64,000 nucleotides of DNA from Oscillospiraceae bacterium (lineage in GTDB: Bacteria > Bacillota > Clostridia > Oscillospirales > CAG-272). A model generated the notes under the pieces. That model worked only from the letters and a program-made list of their open reading frames with translations, did not search any database and was not told the origin of the DNA. The position numbers were made by a program, and so were the translations under genes. Below, piece after piece: positions 1 through 8,784 of the stretch. The stretch's first letter is position 1. Every line of letters begins with the position of its first letter. The stretch covers positions 23,330 through 87,329 of the forward strand of contig SVRR01000001.1 in assembly GCA_015064745.1 (NCBI GenBank). The letters are read 5' to 3'.

Positions 1-315
1 CACGACAAGTCTTTTTTTTGCAAGAAGACGGCATAAGAAAGCAGAAAGGCGTGTATGCGCGTGAATAACGTCGTATTTCCCCTTGCGAAAAATGCGCGAA
101 AGAGAAAAAAACAAGCGGGGAAGTGCGCGCTTACGAAAGCGAGGAAGAACAATGTGCTTCACACCCAAAAGCGTATGCACGAGCCGCCCGCCGCCCGATA
201 CGACGGTTACCTCGTGCCCCATCTCGGCAAGACGGACCGCAAGCGTTACGACGTGCGTTTCCGCACCGCCGAGATCCAAACTGTCGCAAACCATGCAAAT
301 ACGAAGCTTTTTCAA
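1..315 (-). CDS. Glycosyltransferase family 4 (GT-B fold), N-terminal ~105 codons; gene runs off the window start
   Basis: Absent from the ORF track because it is edge-truncated. Reverse translation (M)KKLRICMVCDSLDLGGAETHVVTLAVRLAEMGHEVTVVSGGGRLV...KYDVIHAHTRLSAF stays open to position 1. It shows the GGAE / GHEV / DVIHAH pattern of GT4 N-domains. Start is TTG 315 (GGGAG 9 nt upstream) or ATG 294. Confidence 0.6.
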   Translation of the reverse strand, partial: MKKLRICMVCDSLDLGGAETHVVTLAVRLAEMGHEVTVVSGGGRLVHTLLGVKHIVLPRFRKRALPRLFFSLSRIFRKGKYDVIHAHTRLSAFLCRLLAKKRLVV

Positions 316-352
316 AAAACAAGGCTCCCTTCTACGGTATGTAGAGGGAGCC
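314..352 (-). terminator. Intrinsic terminator after spoVG
   Basis: Reverse strand reads GGCTCCCTCTAC-ATACC-GTAGAAGGGAGCC, a 12-13 bp stem with one bulge, followed by TTGTTTTTTG. Confidence 0.7.
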
Positions 353-393
353 TGCTTGCGAACGGTAAATTTTCTTTGAAAACGGTGAGAAGC

Positions 394-702
394 TTAAACG
401 GGGATCTCCTCGCTTTCCGCCTCAAACGTCATTTCGTTTTGCATAGCGATAAGCTGTACGTGGTACGCGTCGATGACGGCGCTTTCGAGTGCACCGCGGA
501 ACTCCGCGTTGATGGGATGCACAATGTCGCGGTATGTGCCGTCGGCATTTTTGCGGCTGGGCATGACGATAAAATAACGGTCTCTCGCGTAAATGACCTT
601 AATGTCGTGTACGGCAAGCGCATCGTTAAAGGTTACGGACACTACCGCCTTCATGGGTCCTTCGTCAAAGAATTTTCTGATTTTGATATCTGTGATCTGC
701 AT
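394..702 (-). CDS. spoVG: Septation/sporulation regulator SpoVG
   Basis: 102-aa ORF MQITDIKIRKFFDEGPMKAVVSVTFNDALAVHDIKVIYARDRYFIVMPSRK... is a textbook SpoVG sequence. GGAGGA RBS lies 9 nt upstream of the ATG. Confidence 0.95.
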   Translation of the reverse strand: MQITDIKIRKFFDEGPMKAVVSVTFNDALAVHDIKVIYARDRYFIVMPSRKNADGTYRDIVHPINAEFRGALESAVIDAYHVQLIAMQNEMTFEAESEEIPV

Positions 703-874
703 TTGTGTTTTTCCTCCAAACGTATGGTCTTGTTGTTTTTCTTTGGGCGTTTACAAAGTTAGTATACCAGCCCATTGTGACGGTTATGCGTTGAGTTTTG
801 GTTTTTTTCCTAAAAATCCCACGAAAAAACGGACCGTCCTCCATTTTTTCAAAAACAGTGAAAGGATAAATCGT

Positions 875-2227
875 ATGAACATTTCAAAAGAGACACTTCC
901 TGCGTGGTTGCGTCCGGGAAGGGATGCGCTCTATTTTATCGGTATCGGGGGAAGCGGCATGTACGGTGCGGCACGCTTAGCGCTTGCAATGGGCTTTTCC
1001 ATTTCGGGCTGTGACGGACGCGAGTGTGCCAACACAGCGACGCTTCGTCAAATCGGCGTTTCGCTTTACGAAGAGAATTTTCCCTTGCCGACGGAGATTT
1101 CCGCCGTCGTTTACTCCTTAGCGGTCTCGCCCACACACCCGCGACTTAGAGAGGCGGAGGCGCGCGGTATCCGCACGCTGAATCGCGCCGCCTTTTTGGG
1201 GGCGATGATGCTTGCCTTTCCTAAGCGCGCGGCGGTTGCGGGATCGCACGGAAAAAGCAGTACCACAGCCATGTGCGCGGAGATCCTCGTCCGTGCGGGC
1301 ATGTCCCCCACCGTCGTCTCGGGGGCTTCTCTCGGCGTCGGAAGGGATAGCTTCAGGGAAGGCGAGGGAGAGATCCTGCTTTTAGAGGCATGCGAATATA
1401 AGGATGCCTTTCTTTCCTTCGCGCCGACTCATGCGCTTGTGCTTGACGTTTCTTGGGAGCATACCGATTATTTTCCCGATAGGGATGCTGTCATGCGCTC
1501 CTTTTCTGCCTTTTTGCGCTGTAAAAGCGTTGAACGCTCGGTCGCTCCCCAAGATGTTTTATCCGCAGATATTACCTTCGGTAAGGGGGGAGATTATACA
1601 GCAGAGGAGTGCGTTTTTACACGGGAGGGAAGCGCGTTTCTCCTTTGTCATCGCAAAGAGCCCTTAGGGAGAGTTACGTTATCGGCTCTTGGGGCTTATC
1701 AGGTGGAAAACGCGTTGGGAGCGGCGGCGCTTTGCGCGAGCTTGGGAGTGTCTGACGGTGATATTATACAAGGTCTTTGCGCGTTTCAGGGGATCTCGCG
1801 CCGCATGGAAAAGCGCGGTTATTTACGCGGGGTGCCCTTGTATCTCGACTTTGCGCACCATCCCAAGGAGCTTTTGTGCGCTTTGGAAACAGCGTCAGGC
1901 TTTGGTCGCCCTGTGGCTGTCGTCTTTGAGCCGCACACCTATTCACGCACCAAGTCCTTTTTTGAGGAATACGTACGCATTTTGCGTGTCGCGCATAGGG
2001 CGGGGGTTTTGCCGATCTATGCGGCAAGAGAAAAAGAGGACATTACCGTTTCCTCTCCGCTTCTTGCCCAAAGGTCGGGGATCACATACCTCGCCGATTA
2101 TACGAAGGCGGCGGCGTTTTTAACACGTGCCGCCGGGGAAGGATGCACCCTTCTTTTGGTTGGCGCGGGCGGTGTTGAGAGCGTGCTTTCTCATTTGCCG
2201 TGCTTGTACCCGTGTGAGAAAAATTAA
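875..2227 (+). CDS. murC: Mur ligase family protein, UDP-N-acetylmuramate--L-alanine ligase-like (divergent MurC)
   Basis: ATG 875 (MNISKETLPAWL...) is preferred over the ORF-track start at 593, which overlaps spoVG antisense. It has the YFIGIGGSGM N-domain, a GSHGKSSTT P-loop and the Mur ligase middle and C-terminal layout. The P-loop differs from the canonical GTHGKTTT. Confidence 0.7.
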   Translation: MNISKETLPAWLRPGRDALYFIGIGGSGMYGAARLALAMGFSISGCDGRECANTATLRQIGVSLYEENFPLPTEISAVVYSLAVSPTHPRLREAEARGIRTLNRAAFLGAMMLAFPKRAAVAGSHGKSSTTAMCAEILVRAGMSPTVVSGASLGVGRDSFREGEGEILLLEACEYKDAFLSFAPTHALVLDVSWEHTDYFPDRDAVMRSFSAFLRCKSVERSVAPQDVLSADITFGKGGDYTAEECVFTREGSAFLLCHRKEPLGRVTLSALGAYQVENALGAAALCASLGVSDGDIIQGLCAFQGISRRMEKRGYLRGVPLYLDFAHHPKELLCALETASGFGRPVAVVFEPHTYSRTKSFFEEYVRILRVAHRAGVLPIYAAREKEDITVSSPLLAQRSGITYLADYTKAAAFLTRAAGEGCTLLLVGAGGVESVLSHLPCLYPCEKN

Positions 2228-2529
2228 GGAGTATAGATGTCCTCGTAAACCGCGTGAAGAGAAAGCGGTGTGATGCCAAAGCGTTCCAGCATACTGCAAA
2301 AGCTTTCCGCGGTATCTCTGTCCTCAGAGAAGTCAGGCACCTCTCCCACCGTATGCCTTTCTGCATCCCGATACTCCGCATACACGGAATAGCGGTGCGG
2401 TTCGGCATCGGTAATGCTGACGACATAGCGGAAGACTGCCGATCCGTCCTCTCTCTGCATACATAAAACAGGATGTTCTCGCCTTTCCCGCATGCGTTTT
2501 TCGGGGGTGCTCGTTTCGTTCGTGTTCAT
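2224..2529 (-). CDS. Hypothetical small acidic protein (101 aa)
   Basis: ORF with an AAAGGAA RBS-like element upstream and no motif I recognise. Its stop overlaps the convergent murC-like stop (TTAA at 2224-2227). Confidence 0.5.
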   Translation of the reverse strand: MNTNETSTPEKRMRERREHPVLCMQREDGSAVFRYVVSITDAEPHRYSVYAEYRDAERHTVGEVPDFSEDRDTAESFCSMLERFGITPLSLHAVYEDIYTP

Positions 2530-2810
2530 GCTATTGTTCCTTTCGTTTTGCCGTCCGGCTTAGACCTTTGCGGCTTACTCAGTATAGCACAAACGGAACA
2601 TCGAAAATTGTTGCAAAAGGCGGGAATTTTCAGACGAAAAATGGGATATTGTGGGGATTGGTTTCCGAAAACGGCGTGATTTCGCAACAAAAGAAAAATA
2701 AAAGGCAAAACGGTCAAGCAAAATCGCGCTGTATGTATAAAAATACGAGATTTTTTGTCGAAACACGCGATTTGTCGGAGAAAAAATATTTTTTCATGTA
2801 TTAAAAGTGA

Positions 2811-2856
2811 ATAAAAAAGAAGGATCTTCTGATAAAGTGCACAGAAGATCCTTTTT
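2811..2856 (-). terminator. Bidirectional-type intrinsic terminator after the HAD hydrolase gene
   Basis: AGGATCTTCTG-loop-CAGAAGATCCT, an 11-bp stem flanked by an A-run (2813-2818) and a T-run (2852-2856). Confidence 0.7.
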
Positions 2857-2863
2857 CTCGTCT

Positions 2864-3667
2864 TTAATTTTTTAAGAATTCTCTCATTACGTCGCCGATG
2901 CCGTCCATGATGTAGGTTGGCTTTTTCTCGGATGCTTCGGCATCCTCTACCGTTCCTTCGCCGGAAAGGACAAGCACGGTATCCACGCCCGCGTTTACGC
3001 CCGATGCGATATCGGTATATACACGGTCTCCGATCATCAAGGCGTCCTCGGCAGCAAGCCCCGTCTTCTCTAAGGCGAGAAGCAGCATTTCGGGGTTGGG
3101 CTTGCCAATAAAACGCGGCTCTCTGCCCGTTGCCGTCTTCAAAATGCCCGCGATGGAACCGCAATCGGGCACGGAGCCGTACCAGGTAGGACAAACGTAG
3201 TCGGGGTTGGTCGCGATATAGTCTACACCTCGTCCAAGCAATATGCAGGCATCCTCCAGCTTCCCGAAGGTCAGCTCGGTGTCAAAGCCCATCACGAGAA
3301 CCTTGACGTCATCCGCAAGCTCGGTCACTGTACGGATCCCCGCGCTGTTTAGTTGATCGCGGAAGGAGGTTGTACCAAAAACGTACATTTTGGTGTCTTC
3401 GGGATAATGCGCCTTTAAATATACGATAGTGGCATCGGTCGAGGTCAAAAATTCGTCTTCCGTTGCGGCGATGCCCATTGCCGCAAGCTTTTCCACGTAT
3501 GCTTTGACACTCCTTGAGGAGTTATTGGTCAAATACAAATAGTGCGCGCCACGCTCCTTGACAGCGGTGAGAAAGGGGATGGTATCGGGAAATACGGTCT
3601 TATCAAGATAGATGGTACCGTCCATATCAAGAAAAAACAACTTTTTTTGAGAGATCGGTTTTTGCAT
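2864..3667 (-). CDS. HAD superfamily subfamily IIA hydrolase (NagD-like sugar phosphatase)
   Basis: 267 aa. FFLDMDGTIY carries the DxDGT nucleophile motif, with LTNNSS and GDRVYTDI motifs as well. Confidence 0.85.
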   Translation of the reverse strand: MQKPISQKKLFFLDMDGTIYLDKTVFPDTIPFLTAVKERGAHYLYLTNNSSRSVKAYVEKLAAMGIAATEDEFLTSTDATIVYLKAHYPEDTKMYVFGTTSFRDQLNSAGIRTVTELADDVKVLVMGFDTELTFGKLEDACILLGRGVDYIATNPDYVCPTWYGSVPDCGSIAGILKTATGREPRFIGKPNPEMLLLALEKTGLAAEDALMIGDRVYTDIASGVNAGVDTVLVLSGEGTVEDAEASEKKPTYIMDGIGDVMREFLKN

Positions 3668-3762
3668 ACATGCTCCTTAACAATTGTCTTTTATCCTATT
3701 TTAGCACAAAAATTGTCTTTTGGCAAGCGGAAAGAAAAAATAAAAGAATTTTGCCGCCAAAA

Positions 3763-3795
3763 TCGACAGAAAAGGCGAAAGGTAGGGGGTATAAT
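3763..3795 (+). promoter_or_regulatory. Putative Spo0A-dependent long-spacer promoter of spoIIGA-sigE
   Basis: TATAAT at 3790-3795. TCGACA (6/7 of the 0A box TTCGACA) sits 21 nt upstream where a normally spaced -35 would be. An upstream 11-bp direct repeat AATTGTCTTTT occurs at 3682-3692 and 3711-3721. The layout resembles the Bacillus spoIIG promoter. Confidence 0.35.
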
Positions 3796-3819
3796 GAAAC
3801 AAACGGAGGAGGTAGCTTT

Positions 3820-4713
3820 ATGTATATACAAATTCTTTACGCGGACACCCTTTTCCTCTCCAACTTCGTTATGAATCTTCTCGCGCTTTCCTTGACGGGA
3901 AGGGTCATGCACGTAAAATATAAGAAAAGGAGATTTTTTCTTTCCTCGGCGTTTGGGGGGATCTACGCTGTTTTGGCGGTTATCCTTGCTTTCCCCGGCG
4001 CATTACATATTACCGTAGGTATTCTTCTTTCCGCGCTTCTTGTGATGCTTTCCTTTGGTGGGATAGGGGGAAAAGGCTTTTTTTTACGTGCCTTTTTGCT
4101 ATTCTATTTTTCTTCCGTCTTGCTTGGCGGTGGGATTGAGGCGCTGTTCTCCTTGCTTGAACGTAGTTTCGGTATGCGAACCGATCCCTTCCTTCGTCCC
4201 GCAGACGCTGTGCTCGTTATCGGCTTTCTCGCCTATTTTCTCTTGAAAGGGATCACACAGCTTCTTGGAGGCGGCGCGCTTCCGCACAGCGTACGTGTGC
4301 GTATTAGGTACGGGGAACGCTCTGTGACGGTCCCTCTGCTTACGGATAGCGGGTGCAAGCTGACAGATCCCATTTCGGGAAAGGGGGCAATTCTTGTCTC
4401 CGCCGTTGCTTTGCGAACGGTGCTTCCAAAAGAGGTTTTGGATTCGGCGGAAGAAAGTAGGATATCCATACCCAAAAACCATTCCTTTGCGGGCAGGTGT
4501 CGACTTCTTCCGACGACAAGTGTGGGGGGAGCGCGCCTTTTGCTCGCCTTTCGTCCCGATGAGGTCACGCTTGCCGAGGATGGTGGAAGTCTTGACGTTT
4601 GGGTGGGGCTTTATACGGGAAGCACTGCGCGGTTCGGCGGCTGTCACGGGCTTTTCCCGAGTGCTTTGCTTTATGCGAGAGAAACGGCACAAAAAAAGAA
4701 AAACATACCGTAA
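3820..4713 (+). CDS. spoIIGA: Sigma-E processing peptidase SpoIIGA
   Basis: ATG 3820 with a GGAGGAGG RBS. The N-half is multi-TM (MYIQILYADTLFLSNFVMNLLALSL...), there is an LLTDSG aspartic-protease motif, and the gene lies immediately upstream of sigE. Confidence 0.85.
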   Translation: MYIQILYADTLFLSNFVMNLLALSLTGRVMHVKYKKRRFFLSSAFGGIYAVLAVILAFPGALHITVGILLSALLVMLSFGGIGGKGFFLRAFLLFYFSSVLLGGGIEALFSLLERSFGMRTDPFLRPADAVLVIGFLAYFLLKGITQLLGGGALPHSVRVRIRYGERSVTVPLLTDSGCKLTDPISGKGAILVSAVALRTVLPKEVLDSAEESRISIPKNHSFAGRCRLLPTTSVGGARLLLAFRPDEVTLAEDGGSLDVWVGLYTGSTARFGGCHGLFPSALLYARETAQKKKNIP

Positions 4714-4731
4714 AGAAAGGCTTTGCGCTTT

Positions 4732-5439
4732 ATGAAAAAACATGGGATTATCACACGGATTTTTAACCTTATGGGACGCTTGTTCCGTAAGAACGAGGTC
4801 TATTATATTGGCGGTGCCGACACTTTGCCTCGTCCGTTGAGCGCTGAGGAAGAGCAGGAGGCGCTTTTGCACCTTGAGGACGATCCGCACGCGCGAGATC
4901 TTCTTGTCGAGCACAATCTGCGGCTCGTCGCGTACATTGCCAAGCGCTTTGAAAGCACCGGGGCGGGGACAGAGGAGCTGATCTCTATCGGTACGTTGGG
5001 TCTTATGAAGGCGATAGCCACATTCCGCGCGGATAAGGGAATTAAGCTTGCTACCTATGCTTCGCGCTGTATTGAAAATGAAATTTTGATGTTTTTGCGC
5101 AAGGCAAGCGCAAGAAGGGGAGAGGTCTCCATCGACGAGCCACTTCATACCGACGGCGACGGTGGCGAGCTTTTACTTTCGGATGTTCTCGGAAGCGATG
5201 CCGATACGGTGGGAAGGGAGCTTGAAGAAGAGGAGGAGCGGACAATCGTGAGAAATATGGTTGCCGCCCTCACCGCGCGGGAGCGCGAGATCATAGAGCT
5301 GCGTTTTGGTCTTACGGGCGGGAGAGAACTCACGCAAAAGGAGGTTGCAGATCGCTTGCATATTTCCCAGTCCTACATATCGCGCTTAGAAAAGCGCATT
5401 ATGGCACAGTTGAAAGAAAAACTCAAAGCTTGTCTTTAG
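4732..5439 (+). CDS. sigE: Sporulation sigma factor SigE (pro-sigma-E)
   Basis: MKKHGIITRIFNLMGRLFRKNEVYYIGGADTLPRPLSAEEE...RLVAYIAKRF...ATYASRCIENEILMFLRK aligns by eye with B. subtilis pro-sigma-E, including the pro-sequence. ATG 4732 is preferred over TTG 4723. Confidence 0.9.
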   Translation: MKKHGIITRIFNLMGRLFRKNEVYYIGGADTLPRPLSAEEEQEALLHLEDDPHARDLLVEHNLRLVAYIAKRFESTGAGTEELISIGTLGLMKAIATFRADKGIKLATYASRCIENEILMFLRKASARRGEVSIDEPLHTDGDGGELLLSDVLGSDADTVGRELEEEEERTIVRNMVAALTAREREIIELRFGLTGGRELTQKEVADRLHISQSYISRLEKRIMAQLKEKLKACL

Positions 5440-5456
5440 TTTTTCTCCAAGGGGTA

Positions 5457-5485
5457 TTGACAACCTGTTTGCGGGGTAGTATAAT
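5457..5485 (+). promoter_or_regulatory. Consensus sigma-A promoter
   Basis: TTGACA (5457-5462), 17 nt spacer, TATAAT (5480-5485), upstream of the DUF1858-trmK-nif3 genes. Confidence 0.6.
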
Positions 5486-5519
5486 AGAAGCGTAATATCA
5501 AGAAAAGGACGGAAAAAAC

Positions 5520-5717
5520 ATGGTAACGAAAGCTTCTATCATCGGCGACGTTCTCGATCAGTATCCCGAGACCGCACAGTTCTTCTTTGAGATCGGGATG
5601 CACTGTCTGGGCTGCCCCTCCGCGAGAGGCGAAAGCATCGAGGCGGCTTGCTTAGTGCACGCGACCGACGCGGATGCGCTGATCAAGAAGATCAACGATT
5701 TCATCGCCGCAAAATAA
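5520..5717 (+). CDS. DUF1858-type small redox-disulfide domain protein
   Basis: 65 aa. The GMHCLGCP motif and the size match the hybrid-cluster-protein-associated DUF1858 family. Confidence 0.65.
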   Translation: MVTKASIIGDVLDQYPETAQFFFEIGMHCLGCPSARGESIEAACLVHATDADALIKKINDFIAAK

Positions 5718-5719
5718 GC

Positions 5720-6406
5720 ATGCGAGAGCCGGATCAGCGCCTGCGCGCGGCGGCAGAGCTCGTCAGGCAGGGAGCAGTGTTCGCCGATATCGGTACCGAT
5801 CATGCTCTCCTGCCTGTCTTTTTGTGTAAGATGGGACGGGTTTCGCGTGCCGTTGCCGCAGATATCAACATAGGCCCCTTAGCCGCCGCGCGTACGCAGG
5901 TGGAAAACGAGGGGCTTTCCCATATGGTAAAGCTCGTTTTGACCGACGGTCTTGCAGGGCTTGAACGAGAGGGACTCACCGATATCGCCGTTTGTGGCAT
6001 GGGCGGTGAGCTTATCGTCTCTATTCTTGATCGCGCCCCCTTTATAAAAAACGCAGGTATTCGTCTTATATTACAGCCCATGACCCATGCTTCAGACCTT
6101 CGGTACTATTTGGCGCGGACAGGTTTTCGCATCGTTGAAGAACGTACTGCTTTCGCCAAGGGCAAATGCTATTTTTGCCTTGCCGCCGAATACACGGGAG
6201 AATGCTACACGCTGACGCGGACTGAGGCTTCGTTTGGATGCCGTCATACGCGCAAACCGAGCGATGCCCTTCTTTCCCTCGTTCAGAAAGAAAAACGCGG
6301 TGTCGAAAAGAAATGTCGCGGTCTTCGCAAGGGTGGGAGACCCGATGAAGGCGAGGAAGAATATCTTTCCGATCTTTGCGCCTTGATAAAGGAGTTAGAA
6401 GTATGA
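5720..6406 (+). CDS. trmK: tRNA (adenine22-N1)-methyltransferase TrmK
   Basis: ATG 5720. RLRAAAELVRQGAVFADIGTDHALLP... fits the TrmK/YqfN pattern, and the gene is followed by nif3 as in the Bacillus yqfN-yqfO pair. Confidence 0.8.
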   Translation: MREPDQRLRAAAELVRQGAVFADIGTDHALLPVFLCKMGRVSRAVAADINIGPLAAARTQVENEGLSHMVKLVLTDGLAGLEREGLTDIAVCGMGGELIVSILDRAPFIKNAGIRLILQPMTHASDLRYYLARTGFRIVEERTAFAKGKCYFCLAAEYTGECYTLTRTEASFGCRHTRKPSDALLSLVQKEKRGVEKKCRGLRKGGRPDEGEEEYLSDLCALIKELEV

Positions 6407-7161
6407 CCGTACGAGAGCTTTATGATCTTCTTCATCTCAAAATTTCTCCGTCCTTGTCCGAAATTTGGGATAACGACGGGCTTATGTGTTGCCCCGATCC
6501 CGAAAGGGAGGTGCAACGCGTTCTTTTTGCGCTTGACGTTACGGACAAGGTCGTCGAGCAGGCACTTCGAACCGAGACGGATGTCATTATTTCGCATCAT
6601 CCTTTCGTTTTCGCGAAGCTTGGGTCGCTCACCACGGACACACCTGTGGGCAACAGGCTCGTGCGTCTTATAAAGGAAGGCGTGAGTGTCTTTTCGTTTC
6701 ATACCCGCTTCGACCGCGTGGAAGGTGGGGTGAATGATGTGTTGGCGGAGGCGCTTTCTCTTTCGGACGTTACCTGTCTTGGCGAAGGAGAAGCTTCGCT
6801 CGGTCGTATCGGGTCGCTTTCCTCTCCCGTGTCACTTGCCGAATTTGCACAGACGGTCAAGCATGCGCTTGGTACGCCTTTTGTGCAGGTGTGGGATGCG
6901 GAACGTCCCGTTTTCCGTGTAGCCGTCGTCGGCGGTGAAGGGAAGGATCTTATCGAAGCCGCGCGCGCGGCGGGCGCAGACACCTATCTTTCGGGCAGAC
7001 TTGGCTATCACGCCATGCAGGATGCGGCGCTTAACCTCATGGAAGCCGGGCATTATTTTACCGAGCGTCCTTCCGTATCGGCATTAGAGAGCCTTGTAAA
7101 AGCGTTGCTTCCCAAGGTGGAAACAGAAATTTATACCCCTAATCCCCTAACCGTCTATTGA
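6403..7161 (+). CDS. Nif3-like dinuclear metal centre protein (YqfO family)
   Basis: ATG 6403 overlaps the trmK stop (ATGA). It has the IISHHPFVF and EAGHYFTE motifs. Confidence 0.85.
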   Translation: MTVRELYDLLHLKISPSLSEIWDNDGLMCCPDPEREVQRVLFALDVTDKVVEQALRTETDVIISHHPFVFAKLGSLTTDTPVGNRLVRLIKEGVSVFSFHTRFDRVEGGVNDVLAEALSLSDVTCLGEGEASLGRIGSLSSPVSLAEFAQTVKHALGTPFVQVWDAERPVFRVAVVGGEGKDLIEAARAAGADTYLSGRLGYHAMQDAALNLMEAGHYFTERPSVSALESLVKALLPKVETEIYTPNPLTVY

Positions 7162-7186
7162 CTTTTTTGTAAAAAGACAGTATAAT
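7158..7186 (+). promoter_or_regulatory. Consensus sigma-A promoter of tyrS
   Basis: TTGACT (7158-7163), 17 nt spacer, TATAAT (7181-7186). Only about 41 nt separate the -10 from the tyrS ATG, so there is no room for a T-box leader. Confidence 0.6.
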
Positions 7187-7227
7187 ATACTCTATGAAAC
7201 GAATTCCCAAGAGGAAAGGACATAATC

Positions 7228-8448
7228 ATGCAGATTTACGAAGAGCTCGTTGCGCGCGGTCTTATCGCGCAGGTAACGGACGAAAATGAAATTAGAGAAA
7301 TGGTCAATGCGGGGAAAGCCACCTTCTATATCGGCTTTGACCCGACGGCGGATTCTCTGCACGTCGGTCACTTCATGGCACTTTGCCTCATGAAGAGACT
7401 GCAAATGGCAGGCAACCGTCCCGTCGTTTTGATCGGTGGCGGCACGGCGTATGTGGGTGACCCCTCCGGCAGAACGGATATGCGCAGCATGATGACCCCC
7501 GAAACCATTCAGCACAACTGCGACTGCTTCAAAAAGCAGATGGAGCGCTTTATCGAGTTCGGTGATGATAAGGCAATCATGGTCAACAATGCCGATTGGC
7601 TGCTTGGTCTCAATTACATTGAGCTTCTTCGCGAGGTAGGCGCTTGCTTCTCTGTGAACCGTATGCTTTCCGCAGAGTGCTATAAGCAAAGAATGGAGAA
7701 GGGGCTTTCCTTCCTCGAATTTAACTACATGATCATGCAGTCCTACGACTTCTATTACCTGTACCAAAAATACGGCTGTAATATGCAGTTTGGCGGCGAC
7801 GACCAATGGTCGAATATGCTGGGCGGTACCGAGCTTATCCGCCGTAAGCTTGGCAAGGACGCGCACGCCATGACCATCACGCTGCTTCTCAACTCCGAGG
7901 GTAAGAAGATGGGTAAAACGGCAAGTGGCGCCGTTTGGCTCGACCCGAATAAGACGTCCCCTTTTGATTTCTATCAGTATTGGCGCAACGTTGGCGACGC
8001 GGACGTGCTGAAATGCATTCGTATGCTCACCTTCTTGCCTCTTGATGAGATCAACGCTATGGACGCATGGGAGGGAAGCCGTCTCAACGAAGCAAAGGAT
8101 ATCCTTGCATATGAGTTAACCAAGCTTGTCCACGGCGAAGAGGAAGCCGAAAAGGCTCGTGCTTCTTCTCGCGCACTCTTTGGCGGTGGCGCGGGTGCCG
8201 ACGTTCCCACGGCAGAGATCACCGATGACGTGCTTCGCGACGGTGCGGCAGACATCCTCACCCTTCTTGTTTCGGCAGGACTCGTTCCCTCGCGCAGCGA
8301 GGCACGCCGTGCGGTAGAGCAGGGCGGTGTTACCGCAAACGATGAAAAGATCACCGATATCAAGGCAGTCTTTGATGCCGAAACGCTCCGCGCGGGTGTG
8401 ATGCTCCGCCGCGGTAAGAAGAGCTATAAGAAGATCGTTTTGGTATAA
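7228..8448 (+). CDS. tyrS: Tyrosine--tRNA ligase
   Basis: 406 aa with an HVGH (HIGH) motif, a KMGKT (KMSKS) motif and an S4-like C-terminus. Confidence 0.95.
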   Translation: MQIYEELVARGLIAQVTDENEIREMVNAGKATFYIGFDPTADSLHVGHFMALCLMKRLQMAGNRPVVLIGGGTAYVGDPSGRTDMRSMMTPETIQHNCDCFKKQMERFIEFGDDKAIMVNNADWLLGLNYIELLREVGACFSVNRMLSAECYKQRMEKGLSFLEFNYMIMQSYDFYYLYQKYGCNMQFGGDDQWSNMLGGTELIRRKLGKDAHAMTITLLLNSEGKKMGKTASGAVWLDPNKTSPFDFYQYWRNVGDADVLKCIRMLTFLPLDEINAMDAWEGSRLNEAKDILAYELTKLVHGEEEAEKARASSRALFGGGAGADVPTAEITDDVLRDGAADILTLLVSAGLVPSRSEARRAVEQGGVTANDEKITDIKAVFDAETLRAGVMLRRGKKSYKKIVLV

Positions 8449-8463
8449 GACGAATAAGAAAAA

Positions 8464-8487
8464 GGCGGACCTTTCGTCCGCCTTTTT
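8464..8487 (+). terminator. Intrinsic terminator after tyrS
   Basis: GGCGGAC-CTTTC-GTCCGCC followed by TTTTT. Confidence 0.75.
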
Positions 8488-8619
8488 CTGAAATGCTTTT
8501 TGTTGGATAGATTTTGAGCAGAAATTTTCGTTTTCGAGCGTAAGGCGTATTTGCATACGTTGCGCCAAGAAAACGGGAAAAGCAAACAAAAAAAGCCCCA
8601 CACGATTGTGCGAAGCCTT

Positions 8620-8695
8620 TGGAGCTGGTAATCGGACTCGAACCGATGACCTGTTGATTACGAATCAACTGCTCTACCAACTGAGCCATACCAGC
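8620..8695 (-). tRNA. tRNA-Thr (anticodon CGU)
   Basis: Reverse strand reads GCTGGTATGGCTCAGTTGGTAGAGCAGTTGATTCGTAATCAACAGGTCATCGGTTCGAGTCCGATTACCAGCTCCA, 76 nt. The acceptor stem is 7 bp, the GTTCGAGTC T-loop is present, the anticodon loop is TTCGTAA and CCA is encoded. A wobble-rich hairpin plus U7 terminator lies at about 8586-8617. Confidence 0.9.
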
Positions 8696-8705
8696 AAGCC
8701 TAATT

Positions 8706-8734
8706 ATTATAACATCAAAAATCTCGTTTGTCAA
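8706..8734 (-). promoter_or_regulatory. Consensus sigma-A promoter of tRNA-Thr
   Basis: Reverse strand TTGACA (8734-8729), 17 nt spacer, TATAAT (8711-8706), about 10 nt before the tRNA 5-prime end. Confidence 0.55.
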
Positions 8735-8784
8735 GAGTAAAAATGAGGTTTTTTCAGAAAAAAACAGGAAAGGCGGCATTCTTT

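Noticed and set aside
55-762. 235-aa plus-strand ORF at the window start
   Set aside because: It runs antisense through spoVG and through the GT4 gene. The real coding is on the reverse strand in both parts.
2756-2779. A perfect Spo0A box TGTCGAA plus a 6/7 copy 17 bp away
   Set aside because: A 7-mer is expected several times by chance in 64 kb on two strands. The pair lies about 175 bp or more from the nearest plausible promoter, so the evidence is insufficient.
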